Shown piece by piece: positions 1-11,124 of a stretch of DNA of 64,000 nucleotides. The position numbers and the translations under genes were made by a program. Origin of the DNA: Candidatus Bathyarchaeota archaeon. Its GTDB lineage: Archaea > Thermoproteota > Bathyarchaeia > 40CM-2-53-6. How positions within the stretch are numbered: the first letter of the stretch is position 1; each line of letters starts with the position of its first letter. The stretch spans positions 282,111 to 346,110 of the forward strand of contig CAWIHH010000004.1 in assembly GCA_963835925.1 (NCBI GenBank), in the 5' to 3' direction. The notes beneath the pieces were generated by a model. It was not told the DNA's origin. It made no database searches and saw nothing but the letters and a program-made list of their open reading frames with translations.

Positions 1-1700
1 TTGCCAAGATTCAATATCATTTCCACTTTGTACGGCAGGGGATATTGTTCAGGCGTCGCGATCACGTTGTATAGCAATAGGGATGTCTTGTAAGCAAGAG
101 GGTACATATCCGAAAGATCTGCCACTTGCGGAGGATACGCGATCGGTTTACTGTACCGTGCGCTTGACTGCCCGAAACCGGGTTGTATCACTCCGTCAGC
201 TGGATCGGGAGTGAGATTAGGCACTCCACTGAACGAAGATGAGGGCATCAAAGCCTTGAGTCCACCCGGAACATCCATGCTGCCTAGGAGACAGTTCACC
301 ATGTACATAGCAAGCCTGACATCAAGTCCACCGAGGTGGACCTCTGCGCCCTTACCGGTCGTGACAGAAGCTGGCCTGTTTGGAAAGGTGACTCCGTTGA
401 TTGTGATTGTGCTTCCTATCTGAGCTGCGTTCACGAGTTCGTTCGTTATCCTCCTGATCGTAGCTGCTGGTACTGTGGTAATGTTGGAAGCCCACTCCGG
501 TGTGTAATCCTTGACTTGAGCCTTCAAGAGTTGAAAAGCGGGTTGACATGTCACGCCATCAACGATGTATGTGCCGTCAAGCGCATAGTCCTTGATCGTC
601 TTATCGTCGAAGGACTTGGCTTTTTGGTCAATTGGATCCCATACGTATGGCTTCCCAAGCTTTTGATTTAATCGAGCAGGATCTGCGACGAGCGGATCCT
701 TACCCCTAACGTAAAGCCCGTCAGGGCCGATCAGATAAGGACCGTTAGTTCTCTTCTTGATGAAGCCGACATCATAGGTGTTAAGCTCATAGAGCATCAT
801 GTACGTGATGCCTAGCAAAAAGGCCGCATCAGTGCTAGGTCTAATGGGGATCCATTCGTCAGCCTTCCTACCGGAAGGAGCCAGTACAGGATCGACACTT
901 ACGATCTTGCAGCCTCTCGCAGGGCCTAGAGTGCCACATTGGAGTGCGGCATCCCTTTGTTTGCCGGGCATCCCGTTTCCAACCATGACGGCGTACATGG
1001 CGTGGTCCATGTCAGTATCCGAAACGAAGCATCCATGGAACCAAGAACTAGTGGTGTGAAGCGTGCAGCCACTGCAGAATATGCCACCGCCTGAGGCGGG
1101 GATTCCAATACTAGGAGTGCCGAATAATAAGGCGAACCCTCTAGAAAGAGTGATGTGGTCCATGCATCGGTGAGATGGACCCACTATGACGAATTTTCGT
1201 GGGTCGTCTTGGCGAATCTTGGTTAGTCGATCAGCCACTGTGTTGATGGCTTCGTCCCAGCTGATTTCAACCCACTTCGGGTCGACCCCTCTGCCCTTCT
1301 CCGGGTTTGTTCTCTTCACCGGATTCTTCACACGATAAGCATTGTATAGCTGCATAATCCCTGCGTTCGACCTGCCACATATCCTACCTAAACTGTCAGG
1401 ACTCGTTGGATCCCCTTCGATCTTCACAGCGACTCCGTTCACCACATGGACGTGTACTGCACAGTTCGCATCGCACATGTAACAACTCGTAGGGATCCAT
1501 TCATCTTGGACAGTCTGGGTTTGCTGGGCAAACCCCTTTTCAATCAGAGAGGTCAGCTGATTGCCGATAGTCAGCTCACCGAGCGTGGCTACCGAGGCGA
1601 TGGTTCCCGATAGTTTTAGAAAGTCTCGTCTTGAAAGTGAATTGTTCTTCTCTGAACTTTTCCTAGTAGTTTCACTCATTACGGTTTCTTGTTTCAACAT
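1..1700 (-). CDS. Tat-exported molybdopterin oxidoreductase catalytic subunit (DMSO reductase family), 3' end outside the window
   Basis: Absent from the ORF track because there is no stop in the window. Manual translation from ATG 1700 gives MLKQETVMSETTRKSSEKNNSLSRRDFLKLSG (twin-arginine signal), then TSCYMCDANC...GRICGRS (4Fe-4S), RVKNPVKRTNPEKGRGVDPKWVEISWDEA, ADEWIPIRPSTDAAFLLG and YTPEWASNITTVPAATIRRI. Confidence 0.9.
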   Translation of the reverse strand, partial: MLKQETVMSETTRKSSEKNNSLSRRDFLKLSGTIASVATLGELTIGNQLTSLIEKGFAQQTQTVQDEWIPTSCYMCDANCAVHVHVVNGVAVKIEGDPTSPDSLGRICGRSNAGIMQLYNAYRVKNPVKRTNPEKGRGVDPKWVEISWDEAINTVADRLTKIRQDDPRKFVIVGPSHRCMDHITLSRGFALLFGTPSIGIPASGGGIFCSGCTLHTTSSWFHGCFVSDTDMDHAMYAVMVGNGMPGKQRDAALQCGTLGPARGCKIVSVDPVLAPSGRKADEWIPIRPSTDAAFLLGITYMMLYELNTYDVGFIKKRTNGPYLIGPDGLYVRGKDPLVADPARLNQKLGKPYVWDPIDQKAKSFDDKTIKDYALDGTYIVDGVTCQPAFQLLKAQVKDYTPEWASNITTVPAATIRRITNELVNAAQIGSTITINGVTFPNRPASVTTGKGAEVHLGGLDVRLAMYMVNCLLGSMDVPGGLKALMPSSSFSGVPNLTPDPADGVIQPGFGQSSARYSKPIAYPPQVADLSDMYPLAYKTSLLLYNVIATPEQYPLPYKVEMILNLG

Positions 1701-1918
1701 TTTACCTTTCAATCCTATATTCATAATTTTGCGTTACAATCAGAATCCGAATTGTAGCGTAACTGGAACTGTTCGGGGGTAAGGATATAGAAGATTCGAA
1801 AGAATAGTATGAGCTACGTACTGTTTAGTGGGTTAAGTATCGACATGGCCAGTCTGTCATATCGCTCGGTAAATACCCGGTCAACCTACACGTACTTGGC
1901 CGAGTTCCTCTCAAATTC

Positions 1919-2320
1919 CTAATTCAGCCCCGCTTCAGGAGTAGAAATCATTCCAGCGCGCGTGGTAGTCACTCTGCTAGACTGAGATACTTGTTTCGAT
2001 CCTGTTGGCTCCCAAACTCGTGAGGTTGGTTCAGTTTCAGTTTCTTGTTGCAGCCCCGTCCGGGTCGTGTGGTCGATGACTCTGAATCTCTTTTCTAATT
2101 CCATGAGTCGTTTGTGTTGTCCGAAAAGAATTGACATTAGGAGCTGGATTTCCTTCACAGGCGAAGCCATTGATCCTCCGTATGACGCGTACAATCTGCA
2201 TTGATTTAGAAGATCATCGAACACTTCCTTGTCCTCCGCCCTAAGAAATTCACGAAACCTCTTCAATTTCCCAAGCTCGTCTTCGACAACCATACGCCAG
2301 GACGGCATAGTTCGCCCCAT
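1919..2320 (-). CDS. Conserved small archaeal helical protein of the family usually linked to PolB2 (arCOG07300-like)
   Basis: The N-terminus MGRTMPSWRMVVEDE...FREFLRAEDKEVFDDLL...LMSILFGQHKRL matches the family pattern as recalled. The C-terminal ~50 aa is low-complexity. Confidence 0.65.
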   Translation of the reverse strand: MGRTMPSWRMVVEDELGKLKRFREFLRAEDKEVFDDLLNQCRLYASYGGSMASPVKEIQLLMSILFGQHKRLMELEKRFRVIDHTTRTGLQQETETEPTSRVWEPTGSKQVSQSSRVTTTRAGMISTPEAGLN

Positions 2321-2870
2321 AATTCAAACCAAAAACAGTCCACATCCAGAGAGCAAGTAAGAGGAGAACGGGCAGGTAATCCTAGAGAGTGTAGAGTCAA
2401 AATATTTGCGTACGCACGACTGACTCTGTTCGGTTTATGGCAGTTCTCTGGAACTGTTCAGCATCAGCGGTTGACTAAAGCGCCCGAGTATCGATAAAGT
2501 TGGGTCAGAATCCCATGCCCATCCCTGAAGCAATTATTCTAAATGCAGGAAAGAGCATGCCCAATTATTTTCCGTTAAGAGACCTCGAGGTTTCGTGCTT
2601 TTCTTCAGACCTTATTCCCAGCTTTTCTTCGGCGGATAGAACGGATTCATGAGCTGGATTCGAGCCTTAATTAGCCTAGGTTCATCAGATTCGAGCGGAA
2701 AGGAAGTTATTCCCTACTTGGGCTTAGCCCTTGATCAATCCGACTTTGATCAAATGATAGTTGGATAGAAGAGAGTTCGCTATGCGAGGGCTAGTTACTA
2801 GAACCCGACAATACTTCCATGGAATCAGATTGAGTGGACGATTCATCCTCAACGATTATAATACGCACCT

Positions 2871-3665
2871 GTGGGCTTTTGCGCCGACCAAAAGTTGACT
2901 TGGCCAAAGAAAACCATCGCGCCAATGATTCTATCCGTGTTTTTATTCCTCGCAGTAGGTCCGAGCGCTTCTTCGACCCGCATGTTGATGTTCGCTCCCA
3001 CGGACAATCCTGGGCAGAGCCCCAACTGGTCTGGCTACGCTGTAATCAGTTCACCCGGCTCTGTGAGCGATGTAGTTGGGTCATGGAAAGTGACCCCCCT
3101 TGCTGGCAATTGCACTTCGGACAGGTATTCGGCGTTCTGGGTTGGCATCGACGGCATGACTAGTAACACGGTTGAGCAGATTGGCTCTGAATCAGACTGC
3201 CAAAACGGTGCCCCCGCATACTATACATGGTATGAGTTCTACCCGCGAGCTGATCACGATCTTTTCGAAGTGAAACCGGGGGATGTCATGTCAGCTGAGG
3301 TGAAGTATCTTGGCGGCAGCAGCTTCTTCGTATCCATAACGGATACAACAACAGGCCGATCGTTTAATGTAACTACGAGAGTGAACGCACAACGCTCCTC
3401 AGCGGAATGGGTAACTGAAGCGCCCGCCACGACAGGTCGCCACGCACGTACAAATATTCTTCCTTTGGCGAACTTTGGCACGGTGCCGTGGAAAGGATGC
3501 TATGCGACCTTGAATGGCACGACTGGTTCAGCAGGCTCATTCGGATCATTAGCGCAGCGGATAACAATGGTCGGCCGAGATTCGCGCATCACTGAAGCAC
3601 AGCCCTCAACACTCTCACAGGACGGAACCAGCTTCACCGTGCAGTGGACAGGTCACAACGAATAA
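2871..3665 (+). CDS. Secreted glutamic peptidase, family G1 (eqolisin / Peptidase_A4)
   Basis: Hydrophobic signal MILSVFLFLAVG; motifs SPNWSGY, WVGIDG, EQIG (catalytic Gln), WYEFYP, SSAEWVTEAP (catalytic Glu) and LANFGTV. The exact start is uncertain. Confidence 0.9.
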   Translation: MGFCADQKLTWPKKTIAPMILSVFLFLAVGPSASSTRMLMFAPTDNPGQSPNWSGYAVISSPGSVSDVVGSWKVTPLAGNCTSDRYSAFWVGIDGMTSNTVEQIGSESDCQNGAPAYYTWYEFYPRADHDLFEVKPGDVMSAEVKYLGGSSFFVSITDTTTGRSFNVTTRVNAQRSSAEWVTEAPATTGRHARTNILPLANFGTVPWKGCYATLNGTTGSAGSFGSLAQRITMVGRDSRITEAQPSTLSQDGTSFTVQWTGHNE

Positions 3666-3984
3666 TAGAAATCCACTCTAACACAATCAATACCATCCAA
3701 CCAGCCGCACAGCCAGTGAAACATTCGCTTCCGCACTTCAGGAATTGCTGCTTCCACACAGTTATGCGATGCCGGCGAACGAGTGTTGGCTGAAGTCTTA
3801 ATTTCGCATCCACGTTGAAGTTAGCGCTTAGTTACTGGGGGGAGGTGAATCTCGAACCAAATAAAAGGGCGAGGCTAACCTGAAATGGAAGTAGCCCCAC
3901 TTGATGAATGTCTAACATGGGTACGTTCGTTTTACCAAAGTTCAATACCTTCCAGATTGAAATGTCTCGCAAGAGGGAGCACGG

Positions 3985-5191
3985 GTGGATTTCGACTTCA
4001 GCCCTGAACATGAACTGTTCCGAAAAACCGTGAGAGAGTTCTGCGACAAGACCCTCGCACCGAATGCTCGCGAGATGGAACGTCGAGCTAGCATGCCCGG
4101 CTCGGTGATTAGTGGACTGGCGAAGATGGGGTTGTTCGGCCTATCGATTCCGACCCAATTGGGCGGATCAGGGGCTGACGCGATCTCCGCAGGCATCGCT
4201 GGAGAGGAAATTGGTAGGGGTGACTTGAGCTGCTCAACTGCGGTACTTGTATCTCGTGCCTGTCGCCTGGAGCCACGTGCTGAACAAGTTTGGTTCTGAG
4301 GAACTCAAGAAGAAGACTTTGCCCGAGGTTGCAGCGGGCAGATATTTCTAGGAATTGGGGCAACCGAACCCGGAGTCGGATCGGACCTGGCGAACATGAG
4401 CACGACCGCGAAACGTGAAGGGGACGAGTACGTGCTGAACGGGGAGAAAATGTACATCAGCGGGATCAGAGAAGCGAAAGAGCAGATGCCGGAAGGCGGT
4501 GGATACCTCGTTCTGGCAAGAACAGGTCCCCCAGCGGAGCACAAGATGTCGTTCTTCCACGTTCCAATCGAGAGCAAAGGAATCTCGACAACACTTGCTC
4601 GAAGAAATGGGTCGACGGGGGATGTCGTCAGGCGGTTTCGTGATGAAAGATGTCCGAATGTCCCGGTTCAGAGAACATCGTTGGCGAAGAGAACAGGGGG
4701 TTCTACTATGCGATGGAGGGCTTTGATTACGCACGAGCGATTATAGCGGCCGTCTGTTGCGGGGCCGCGATGGCTGCTTGGAGGCGGGGATGGACTACAT
4801 CAAGCAGAGGAAAGTCTTCAACCAGCCCATCGGACGGTACGAAGGGATACAGTTCAAACTCGCTGAAGATTATGCTCGAATTGACGCTGTGAGACTTCTC
4901 GCATACCGAGGCCTCTGGCTGTTCGACCGATCGCAACGGGACAGCAAGGTCAACAGGTTTGCGGTTAGCAAGGCAATCGCTGAGGCTAAGATGCTTGCCC
5001 CCGTTGTTGCGTTCGAAGCGATCAACGACGCACTGCAATGGTTCGGGGCGTACGGATACACTCTGGATTGTCCGCTGGAGATGGGCTTACGGGGTGTTCG
5101 TTCCTACATGCTCGCTGAAGGGTCAACAGAAATCATGAAGATCATCGTGGCACGGGAGCTTCTCGGAAAAGAGTTCGTCGCATACAGATAG
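3985..5191 (+). CDS. Acyl-CoA dehydrogenase (split by several frameshifts)
   Basis: Consecutive fragments MDFDFSPEHELFRKTVREF, TEPGVGSD, YVLNGEKMYIS, GEENRGFYYAMEGFD, RKVFNQPIGRYEGIQFKLA and EGSTEIMKIIVAR. Confidence 0.9.
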
Positions 5192-5226
5192 ATGCGCTGC
5201 AGAAACTTGACATGAACTCGGATTAG

Positions 5227-6049
5227 ATGCCTCACGATCATGGCGAGAGTACTCGTTTGAGCATCCTAGTCCTAATGCCTGTCTACCAGGCTGGACGTTA
5301 CCTCGATCAGACCCTATTCAAACTACGTAAGATGGACCCACAACCTGACAGATACATATTCGCCGAGAACAACTCACCTGACCGAACCCTTCAAACTCTG
5401 GCAAAGATTCGCGAACCAAAAGAGATCATCCGCACCGGGTACAGGGCAGACGCCCTCAACCCACTTGAAACCGAATACGACTTGATCGGAATCGAACGCG
5501 AACTACTGCTTACAAGGGCCCGGCAGGCGAACCCCGAATTTCGCAGTGTTCCTCGACTCGGACATCAAGGTCAAGATACGGATCTATTGGATCGATTGAC
5601 ATACTGGAAGGACACTGCGGATATCATTGGAGGTCCATATCTCCGGTACTACGCGGAGGGCGTTTACATCGGATCACTGTGGCCTGCTCCAGCAAACCTA
5701 TCGACCCCACAGAAACCATTCGCCCTCTACAAGAGATCCCGGAAATATCCCTGGACGATTCCGTAGCAGCGATTGGAGGAGGGTGCATGTGCATCTCAAG
5801 AAGAGTATTGCAAGATCGGCGACTCCATTTCTATCCCGTAAAGCGCGATTATCCGTTCACGGTGTCGGAAGATTACGGATTCTGCTTGGACACGAAAGCT
5901 TACGGATATCGGATAGCCTTGAGGCCACGGTAGCGCTAAGTCATTGGTTTTCTCCAGATCACGTAAAGGAGCACAAAGCATGGGCAGTGAACAAAGACCG
6001 TAAGCCCAAGCCTTTTGCATATTCCACAACGTTACCAAGACTCAGATGA
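5227..6049 (+). CDS. GT-A fold glycosyltransferase (GT2-like), frameshifted
   Basis: ILVLMPVYQ...FAENNSPDRT; a DxD motif (FLDSD) in a shifted frame near 5550; IGGGCMCISRRVL and SEDYGFC in further frames. Confidence 0.65.
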
Positions 6050-6146
6050 CTGGAACTGGCGAAGTATTGAGCATCGAGACCATTGAATGAGAATTGACCT
6101 GTCGCTGTCAAGGAAGCTTAAGTCAAATTATGCCTTAGCTGAGCCA

Positions 6147-6254
6147 ATGTTAGAATCATTGAAACGATTGATCTCGGATTTGAGAAAAGTCTTCATCCTG
6201 TCCGCCGCCACTAGCACTATTGCGATTCTGATAGCCTATTTGCTTGACCTCTAG
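6147..6254 (+). CDS. Putative 35-aa small membrane protein
   Basis: MLESLKRLISDLRKVFILSAATSTIAILIAYLLDL*. A TATA-like CTTAAG at 6117-6122 with a purine-rich BRE lies about 25 nt upstream of the ATG. Confidence 0.45.
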   Translation: MLESLKRLISDLRKVFILSAATSTIAILIAYLLDL

Positions 6255-6378
6255 AGACACCCTCGCACTTGTTCAAGCTGCGAACCTCGCGAAGCAACCA
6301 TGAGGCAGCAGTCGATCTATGCGCCAAATTCCCTATCAGTGGGGTACACTATTGCAAACGTGTGGTGAGAGTATCGTG

Positions 6379-7306
6379 CTAGTGGATTCCATACACAGGA
6401 GTCAAGTGCTTGAGGTATCTCTGATCGGTGCCAGTTACGACCGCTTCGTATTCTTTACTAAGTCGCAGGGCGACCGGTCCAGGTTTTCCGTCTCCCACCG
6501 CTTTGCGATCTATGCTAAGTATAGGTGCTACTTCGGCGGCTGTGCCTGTGAAGAATGCTTCATCGCAAGCGTAGAGTTCCGCTCGAGTTATGACTCGTTC
6601 AGCGAGTGGAAGGTTATCGTCTTGGATGAGTTCAATGATCGTTTGGCGGGTAATTCCTTTCAGGATGTCTGATGCTAAACTCGGTGTTGAAATCAGTCCA
6701 TCCTTGACAATGAAGATGTTTTCACCTGTACCTTCGCAAACGTTTCCATCTTTATTGAGGAATAGCGCCTCGTCGAAACCTGCGTCTGATGCCTCGCTCC
6801 TTGCTAGGACTGAATTGATGTAGTGGCCGCATGCCTTCGCCATAGCGGGCACGGCCGGTTCACCTAGACGACGCCACGTAGAGACACAGATATGGAGTCC
6901 CGCTTTCCCAGGGTCGAAATACTTCTGAAATGGGTAGGCGATGATACTCACCGACATGGGCACATTTCTTGCGTCGAGACTAATTCCGCCTAGGCCTCTG
7001 AAGGCGATAGGTCTAATGTATAGCGAGGAATGGAAATCATTCTTCTTGATCAGCTACAGGACAGCGTCGCACATTTCGTCTTTGCTGTATGGCAGAGGGA
7101 GCTGTAGATTTTCGCAGAATCCACCATTCGCTGAAGGTGTTCTTGGAGTCTGAAGACGAACACTTCGTCTTTCAGCTGTAGGCGCGGATCCCTTCAAAGA
7201 CTCCGGTGCCATAGTGCAAGCCGTGAGCGAATACGTGCACGGTGGCATTTTCCCATGATACGATTTCGCCGTCCATCCAAACATATTTCGCTGGAGCATT
7301 GAACAT
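6379..7306 (-). CDS. ilvE: Branched-chain amino acid aminotransferase (frameshifted)
   Basis: From ATG 7306: [43 protein letters not shown]. The C-terminal ORF has [25 protein letters not shown] and [11 protein letters not shown]. Confidence 0.93.
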
Positions 7307-7316
7307 ATGAACTCAG

Positions 7317-7931
7317 CTACCTCACAGCATCGATTGCCTGGAACGATTTGAGTTTCTGTTCATATTCACGTATCTCTTCTTCATGTTGTAGAGTCAGCGA
7401 GATATCGTCGAGCCCTTCCAGCAGGCATTTCTTCTTGAACGGGTCGATTTCGAAATGTAGGCTCTCTCCGTCTGGCTTGCGGATTGCTTGCTTTTCAAGA
7501 TTTATTTCCAGTGCGTAGCCGTCTTGGCTGGTTACTTCTGCGAACAGTTGATCCCCCACAGCTTCGTTGAGAATTATTGGTAAGACGCCGTTCTTGAAGC
7601 AGTTGTTGTAGAAAATGTCCGCATATGATGGAGCGATGATCACGCTGAACCCATAGTCCTTGAGCGCCCATACAGCGTGTTCGCGCGAGCTTCCGCTGCC
7701 GAAATTCTGGCGTGCCAATAATATCTTGCCGTCTCGGTAGCGTGGATTGTTCAGGACGAAATCAGTTTTGGGAGTGCCGTCGGGATTGAAGCGCCAATCG
7801 TTGAACAGATACTGGCCCAGTCCAGTTCTTTCTATTAGTTTCAGGAATTGTTTCGGAATCAGTTGGTCCGTGTCAACGTTGACGCGGTCGATTGGTACGA
7901 CGATGCCCTTGAGTTGCTTGAATTTGTCCAT
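7317..7931 (-). CDS. leuD: 3-isopropylmalate dehydratase small subunit (bacterial-type)
   Basis: [40 protein letters not shown]. Confidence 0.97.
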   Translation of the reverse strand: MDKFKQLKGIVVPIDRVNVDTDQLIPKQFLKLIERTGLGQYLFNDWRFNPDGTPKTDFVLNNPRYRDGKILLARQNFGSGSSREHAVWALKDYGFSVIIAPSYADIFYNNCFKNGVLPIILNEAVGDQLFAEVTSQDGYALEINLEKQAIRKPDGESLHFEIDPFKKKCLLEGLDDISLTLQHEEEIREYEQKLKSFQAIDAVR

Positions 7932-7937
7932 GTCTAA

Positions 7938-9350
7938 TCAGTTCTTCCATTCCCAGTCTCGGACGTCAACAAAATGTCCCGCTATGGCAGCTGCGGCCGC
8001 GGTAATTGGGCTGACTAGGTGAGTGCGGCCTCCACGTCCTTGTCTTCCTTCGAAATTGCGGTTTGAGGTGCTTGCGCATCGTTCGCCAGGTGCAAGTATG
8101 TCCTCGTTCATTCCTAGGCACATGCTGCATCCTGACTCTCGCCATTCGAATCCGGCATCTTTGAAAATCCTATCCAGTCCCTGTTTCTCTGCTTGATATT
8201 TGACCATCTGCGATCCGGGAACAACCATGGCTCGCACCCCATCCGCTACCTTTTTGTCCACAACTATATCGGAGGCAGCCACTAGATCGGTGAGCCGCGA
8301 GTTAGTGCACGAGCCAATGAACACTCTGTCGAGTTTGATTGATTGAATTTCTGTCCCGGGCGTTAGGGCCATGTACTCCAAGGCGCGGGCTACTGCTTCT
8401 CGCATGCCTGGCTCCGAAAAGCTGTTCGGGTCTGGAACTTTACCCGTAACGTCGGTGACCATTGCGGGGGTTGTTCCCCAGGTGACCTGGGGTTTCATTT
8501 TGCTGGCATCAAAGCGAACACTCCGGTCGAAGTTGGCGTCGGGGTCAGTGGTGAGTCCTTGCCAGTATTTTTCGGCCTCTTTCAGATGTTCACCTTTAGG
8601 AGCGTACCTCCGTCCGCGAACATAACTGAGTGTTGTTTCATCAGGTGCGATTAGGCCGGCGCGTGCTCCCGCCTCGATTGACATGTTGCATATTGTCATA
8701 CGCTCCTCCATTGACAGCGAGGATATCGCATTTCCTCGATACTCTATTACTGATCCAGTTCCGCCCGCTGCACCAATCTGACCGATTATGGTGAGTATGA
8801 TGTCTTTGGCAGTTACTCCATATGAGGGAATCCCGTCGACTCGTACCTCGAATGATTTTGGTTTGTCAAGCCAAAGACACTGAGTAGCCAATACATGCTC
8901 CACCTCGCTCGTCCCAACTCCCAAAGCCAAAGCGCCGAAAGCTCCATGAGTCGACGTATGGCTGTCGCCGCAGACTATGGTCGTTCCGGGAACGGTGATT
9001 CCAAGTTCTGGGCCAATCACGTGAACTATCCCCTGTTGTGGGCTTCCCAAATCGAAGAGCGTAATGCCGAAATCCGTGCAGTTCTTTCCCAGAGTTTCAA
9101 TTTGTTTCTTTGCAATCGGATCCTGTATGGGCAGCGACCGATCGGTTGTGGGGACATCGTGGTCGACCGTAGCGAAAGTCAGGTCGGGTCGCCGGACCTT
9201 TCTTCCGTTTAAGCGAAGGCCCTCGAAGGCTTGGGGAGAGGTTACTTCATGCACTAGGTGCCTGTCAACCCAAATCAGGCTGGGCCGACCTACTTCCTCA
9301 TGAACGATATGGGATTCCCAGATTTTTTCAAATAGAGTTCGCTGCGCCAT
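7938..9350 (-). CDS. leuC: 3-isopropylmalate dehydratase large subunit (bacterial-type)
   Basis: [52 protein letters not shown]. Confidence 0.97.
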   Translation of the reverse strand: MAQRTLFEKIWESHIVHEEVGRPSLIWVDRHLVHEVTSPQAFEGLRLNGRKVRRPDLTFATVDHDVPTTDRSLPIQDPIAKKQIETLGKNCTDFGITLFDLGSPQQGIVHVIGPELGITVPGTTIVCGDSHTSTHGAFGALALGVGTSEVEHVLATQCLWLDKPKSFEVRVDGIPSYGVTAKDIILTIIGQIGAAGGTGSVIEYRGNAISSLSMEERMTICNMSIEAGARAGLIAPDETTLSYVRGRRYAPKGEHLKEAEKYWQGLTTDPDANFDRSVRFDASKMKPQVTWGTTPAMVTDVTGKVPDPNSFSEPGMREAVARALEYMALTPGTEIQSIKLDRVFIGSCTNSRLTDLVAASDIVVDKKVADGVRAMVVPGSQMVKYQAEKQGLDRIFKDAGFEWRESGCSMCLGMNEDILAPGERCASTSNRNFEGRQGRGGRTHLVSPITAAAAAIAGHFVDVRDWEWKN

Positions 9351-9373
9351 CAAGTTGAACCTTCATGAGTTAT

Positions 9374-11075
9374 TCAGTAGCACACCGCGCCCTCAGACGC
9401 AGAGTGCACCAGTTTAGAGTATTTGGCGAGAGCACCTTTGGAATACTTGGGTTCGGGTTGTTTCCAGTTCTTCAGCCGATTCGCGAGTTCTTCTTTGCTC
9501 TTGTCAACGCTAAGCTCACGGCGGTCAGCGTCTATCGTCACGATCTCTCCGTCTCGTAGGACGGCTATCGGGCCGCCCACTTGAGCTTCCGGGGAAACGT
9601 GGCCCACCATCAAGCCGCGGGTGGCGCCTGAGAAACGTCCGTCGGTCACCAGCGCCACGCTCTCACCTAAGCCTTGACCCATTATGGCCGCCGTGATCGC
9701 CAGCATTTCCCGCATGCCCGGCCCACCCTTGGGCCCTTCGTACCGGATTACAACCACATCCCCAGACTTGATACTTCGGTCCTTCACCTTCGCGAACGCA
9801 TCCTCTTCACTGTCAAAGACACGTGCGGGGCCGCGGTGGACGCGTCTGGCTGTGGCTGAGATTTTCGCTACAGCACCATCTGGTGCAAGGTTTCCTCTCA
9901 ACACTGCGAGACCGCCTTCAGTTGAGAACGGGTTTGCGACATCTCTCACGATGTCCTGTGGGCCTTCTGGGAATCTTATCTCGTCAATGTTCTCTCGGAG
10001 GGTCTTGCCTGTGACCGTGAGAGTGTCTCCATTCAAGAGGCCTTTGCTCAACAACTCCTTCATGATCAGAGGAACTCCGCCGACGCGGTCCAGATCATAC
10101 ATGACATAGCGTCCGCCTGGTCTCAGGTCTGCGAGTTTGGGAGTCCTCCTTCCGACTCGTTCGAAGTCGTCTAGTGTGATCTTAATTCCCACTTCGTACG
10201 CGATGGCGGGCAGATGGAGGAAGGCGTTAGTGGAGCCGCCCATGGCCTGAACGACGGCTATCGCGTTTTCGAACGCCTCGAACGTCAGAATGTCGCTCGG
10301 GCGGATTCCATTCTCAACGAGTCGCATGACGGCCATGCCGCTCAGGTATGATGCTTGGTAGCGGCGATCATCTACTGCAGCGAGGCGAAGCGGTTCCGGG
10401 CAAGCTCAAACCTAGGGCTTCCATTGCTGAAGCCATTGTGTTCGCGGTGTACAATCCGCCACATGATCCTTCACCAGGGCAGGCTGAGCATTCGAGATCG
10501 TTCAATTGCTCCAGCGTCATTTTGCCTGCGGCGTACAAGCCGACGCCTTCAAAGACATCTTGAATTGTTACGTCGCGGCCTTCGAACCTGCCCGGCATGA
10601 TCGTGCCTCCGTACAAGAATACGGATGGGAGGTTGGTTCTTGCTGCAGCCATCGCGGATCCTGGAAGACTCTTGTCGCAGCCAGCAACAGTCACGAGAGC
10701 ATCCAGTCTTTGCGCGATTGCCATTATCTCGATCGAATCAGCGATTGTTTCGCGGCTGACCAATGACGCTTTCATGCCTTCCGTTCCCATCGATACCCCA
10801 TCGCTCACTGCGATGGTGCAAAACTCGAACGGGGTCCCTTTCGCTTCCCTAACGCCCTCTTTCACTCTCTTAGTCAGCCTGTTCAAGTGAAAGTTACATG
10901 GCGTAACTTCATTCCAAGTGCTCGCAACTCCCACGAATGGTTGGTCGAAGTCTTGAGTCGTGTAGCCCATCGCTCGAAGCATGGAGCGGTTCGGGGCGCG
11001 TTCTGGTCCTTCCGTGATATCTTTGCTTCTAAGCCGGCCAATGTTTGTGCGCAGTTCATCACACACTCCTGACAT
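9374..11075 (-). CDS. ilvD: Dihydroxy-acid dehydratase (frameshift near 10350-10380)
   Basis: [15 protein letters not shown] and [11 protein letters not shown], then [19 protein letters not shown] and TDGRFSG in the second ORF. Confidence 0.95.
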
Positions 11076-11124
11076 TATCAGATCTAGCAGATTTCATTGA
11101 GGCCATGTCCATCTCATCAATTGT

